Positions 61,674 to 64,000 of a stretch of DNA of 64,000 bases are shown here, piece by piece. Origin of the DNA: Escherichia phage vB_EcoM_NBG1. The stretch is from the sequence record MH243438.1; one strand, given 5' to 3'. The notes under the pieces were generated by a model. The model was not told where the DNA came from and did no database searches. It saw only the letters and a program-made list of their open reading frames with translations. How positions within the stretch are numbered: the first letter of the stretch is position 1; each line of letters begins with the position of its first letter. The position numbers were made by a program, and so were the translations under genes.

Positions 61674-61706
61674 ACTACTATACCATAATCCTACCTTGTT
61701 GTAAAC
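61674..61706 (-). promoter_or_regulatory. T4-type early promoter
   Basis: GTTTAC -35 and ATGGTATAGTAG -10 on the - strand. Confidence 0.55.
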
Positions 61707-61898
61707 AATTAAATTACATTAAAATATGTTAAAGCCAACCATGTTCCAATGAACGAACATGCGATGTAAAACCACGCATCACAAATTGTTCTTAGTACAA
61801 TAAGAAGTGCATTTTTCATAAGTACCTCAACACAATTGAAAATATTATACAAATCATTGGGATACTAAGCAACCATATTCCTATCCACATTTTAGAGC

Positions 61899-62162
61899 TC
61901 ATATCTCAACTTCCGCGAGTTCCATATATCCTTTGTTGATAACCTCTTTAAGGTCTTTAGAAAGAATAACACTAAAATGGTCGTTCATATGTCCGTTAAC
62001 TAAACGAGTTATTTCGGCTTCAGATGACATATAAGGCACGTCTGAGTCCCAATGAGATAGTCCCAAATGGGTATAAATCATCCCTTCGTCATCTGCGGTG
62101 TTGTACATTGAAACAAATTCGCCTGTTACTTTATGTTTTGCGTAGAAAAATTTAAATTTCAT
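61899..62162 (-). CDS. Hypothetical protein
   Basis: 87 aa; early promoter 62187-62219. Confidence 0.5.
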   Translation of the reverse strand: MKFKFFYAKHKVTGEFVSMYNTADDEGMIYTHLGLSHWDSDVPYMSSEAEITRLVNGHMNDHFSVILSKDLKEVINKGYMELAEVEI

Positions 62163-62186
62163 GATGTTATCCTCTTTTAGATAGGA

Positions 62187-62219
62187 CTACTATATCATAG
62201 TCCTACTTAGTTGTAAACA
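62187..62219 (-). promoter_or_regulatory. T4-type early promoter
   Basis: GTTTAC -35 and ATGATATAGTAG -10 on the - strand; similar to the 61674 element. Confidence 0.55.
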
Positions 62220-62230
62220 CTTTTATGAAA

Positions 62231-62788
62231 TTAAAGATGAAGATACCACCCGTTGTAGTTGCTCTTGCGGACGATTTTCTTTAGGTCTTCATGGTCTCCC
62301 ACGAACTTTATAGAATAAGAGAAGACGTCAGGTGAGGTTTCTTTGACATTCAATATAATAATACAGTCAGCGACTCGATGATTAAGGAAGGGCCCTATGT
62401 TGATTCCGTTGCCACCCGGATAATCACCACTGTATCCTGTGGTAACAGAAATCCATTTAGAATCTATCTGGTGCGTCTTGACTTCGACACGCAACCCGCA
62501 GTATTTAGGATGAGCTAACACATCCCATGCATACGTGTACGGGTCTTCTACGTCTTCATTACCTTTATTAACATATCCGTCTAGCCAATTTGCTACTACA
62601 TACTCTGCAAAGACTGCAACCTTACAACGTCGAACAACGTCTTCTTTGTTTTGGTCAGGATTTTGGCTCAACGAATATCGAGCAGTGTCAGCGATCTTAA
62701 CTTTCATTTCGCTAGTCAAAAACTCATTCGACAGGATAAATGTCGGAAGACTCTTCAGCCTCAACAGCCCCAAGTTCGTCTTTACCAT
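62231..62788 (-). CDS. Hypothetical protein, possibly DenB-like endonuclease IV
   Basis: 185 aa from ATG 62788 (SD GAGGT), matching remembered length and map position of T4 DenB; sequence identity not verified. Alternative starts at 62851 and 62710. Confidence 0.45.
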   Translation of the reverse strand: MVKTNLGLLRLKSLPTFILSNEFLTSEMKVKIADTARYSLSQNPDQNKEDVVRRCKVAVFAEYVVANWLDGYVNKGNEDVEDPYTYAWDVLAHPKYCGLRVEVKTHQIDSKWISVTTGYSGDYPGGNGINIGPFLNHRVADCIIILNVKETSPDVFSYSIKFVGDHEDLKKIVRKSNYNGWYLHL

Positions 62789-63011
62789 AGATACCTCTGA
62801 TGTGTAGTTCGCCAAAATAAATGCGGTCACCTTCTTCAAGATATTCGGCATCTACAGATGGAATTTCATTAACAACTTCGTCGCATTCTAACCAGCCATA
62901 GTGTGCATCGCCAGGATGTTTTACCAATTTAGCACAATAAACTGATTTACACTTATGATGACCACGAAGATTAGCAATTTTGGATTCTGATACGTCAAAT
63001 GGATGAATCAT
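62724..63011 (-). CDS. Hypothetical protein
   Basis: 95 aa ORF between rIIB and the DenB-like gene; its 3' end overlaps the proposed DenB-like start in another frame. Confidence 0.45.
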   Translation of the reverse strand: MIHPFDVSESKIANLRGHHKCKSVYCAKLVKHPGDAHYGWLECDEVVNEIPSVDAEYLEEGDRIYFGELHIRGIYGKDELGAVEAEESSDIYPVE

Positions 63012-63024
63012 AATTACCCCTAAA

Positions 63025-63048
63025 GAAAAAAGGGGACCGAAGTCCCCA
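63025..63048 (-). terminator. Terminator after rIIB
   Basis: - strand GGGGAC-TTCG-GTCCCC followed by a T-run, directly after the rIIB stop. Confidence 0.75.
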
Positions 63049-63052
63049 ATTA

Positions 63053-64000
63053 TTATTCTGCAAATAATTCAGTAACGTCTGAAATTACTTCATAACGACA
63101 TGTACGCATCTTAGCATCACCATAGTCAACCGGGATGGATACAACATCGCGTGGATGAACTTTAACTTTCACAACTTTATCTGAGCTTGAACCAAAGTGG
63201 CGAATATAAGATTTAGCACAAACATGTAGACCACGGGAACAAGTTTGTGTATCATCATCGTTAACACGAGTGCGAGGCATTGAAACAACTTTACCAGGCG
63301 AGTTATCAAATGTGCCGCTATAGCAATCTAAATAGTCTTTACGAACTACTTTCCACGCATAGAAATGACCGTCTTCAGTGATTTCAATATCATTTGCAAC
63401 CAAGAAGTCGAATAAACGTTGTACAGCTTTTTCGCTTGGGTTTTCTAACAGGTTTTCAAGGAATGGCAGATAAAATTTAAAGTCTTCACCTTTTTCCATA
63501 GAATCAATAATACGATTAACCAGGCCAGAACGAATCTCTATACCTTGATAAAATAAACTACCACCTTCAATAACAACATTACCGTCAACAAACTTACTAA
63601 TAGCTTTCTTGATGTTAATAAGTTCGACAGCTTTACTAAGGTTTCCTGCGACCAGATTAGCTTTAATTTCTTCAAAATTTGCATGACTTGATGGAGTCGC
63701 ATTGTATGCTACGCGTCCTTCAATAATTGAAATAAATTTAGATGACGCATTCCATACGATTTCAGGACGATGGCCGCCGATAATAGGTTCATCATTTTCT
63801 GGAACTTCTTCGATTACATAAGAGGCATCGTTTGCTTCAGGGACAACGCCTTCTGCTTTAAAATTCTTAACAATCTTACGAAGAGTATCTGTTGAAATGT
63901 CGAAGTAATCAGCAATTTCCCGACGGGTCCATTGACCTGATTCAACCAGTCTGTAAGCTTCTAACTGTTCTTCTTTGGACAAGCATTTGATATTGTACAT
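63053..64000 (-). CDS. rIIB: rIIB protein (start codon at last base of window)
   Basis: 315 aa; MYNIKCLSKEEQ... and C-terminal half (FLENLLENPS.KAV.RLFDFLVANDIEITEDG.FYAWKVVR, MPRT.VNDDDTQTCSRGLHVC.KSYIRHFGSSSDKVVKVKVHPRDVVSIP) match remembered T4 rIIB; terminator hairpin downstream. Confidence 0.95.
   Translation of the reverse strand: MYNIKCLSKEEQLEAYRLVESGQWTRREIADYFDISTDTLRKIVKNFKAEGVVPEANDASYVIEEVPENDEPIIGGHRPEIVWNASSKFISIIEGRVAYNATPSSHANFEEIKANLVAGNLSKAVELINIKKAISKFVDGNVVIEGGSLFYQGIEIRSGLVNRIIDSMEKGEDFKFYLPFLENLLENPSEKAVQRLFDFLVANDIEITEDGHFYAWKVVRKDYLDCYSGTFDNSPGKVVSMPRTRVNDDDTQTCSRGLHVCAKSYIRHFGSSSDKVVKVKVHPRDVVSIPVDYGDAKMRTCRYEVISDVTELFAE

Overview
This 64 kb window reads as a contiguous block of a T4-like (Tevenvirinae) phage genome, running from the prohead core genes 67/68 to rIIB, with near-complete synteny to the T4 reference map. 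All protein identities are from reading the six-frame translations against remembered T4 protein sequences and motifs; no database search was run. Layout: (1) + strand late head genes 67-68-21-22-23-24; (2) - strand rnlB, hoc, inh; (3) + strand segE (GIY-YIG homing endonuclease), uvsW, uvsW.1; (4) - strand uvsY cluster and baseplate 25-26; (5) + strand baseplate 51-27-28-29-48-54; (6) a long - strand early/middle block: alt, DNA ligase 30, a variable 30.x region, rIII, 31, cd, a DAHP synthase, pseT, spanins, alc, rnlA, denA, nrdB, nrdA, td, frd, 32, 59, 33, dsbA, rnh; (7) + strand long tail fibre genes 34-35-36-37-38 and holin t; (8) - strand asiA, arn-like, motA, 52, ndd, denB-like, rIIB. It is not T4 itself: td and nrdB are intronless, segD and segG are absent, and there is extra cargo. 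The strongest candidate for something unusual is a host-like class I DAHP synthase (aroG/F/H type) fused into the cd operon. Secondary candidates are the variable region between DNA ligase and rIII (HAD-like and NADAR-like proteins next to Alt, three possible tandem paralogs, a 59-aa basic protein missing from the ORF track) and a duplicated promoter-plus-translation-start cassette at motA. About 17 T4-type early promoters, 8 late TATAAATA promoters and about 11 stem-loop terminators are visible. No tRNA, rRNA or CRISPR array was recognised.
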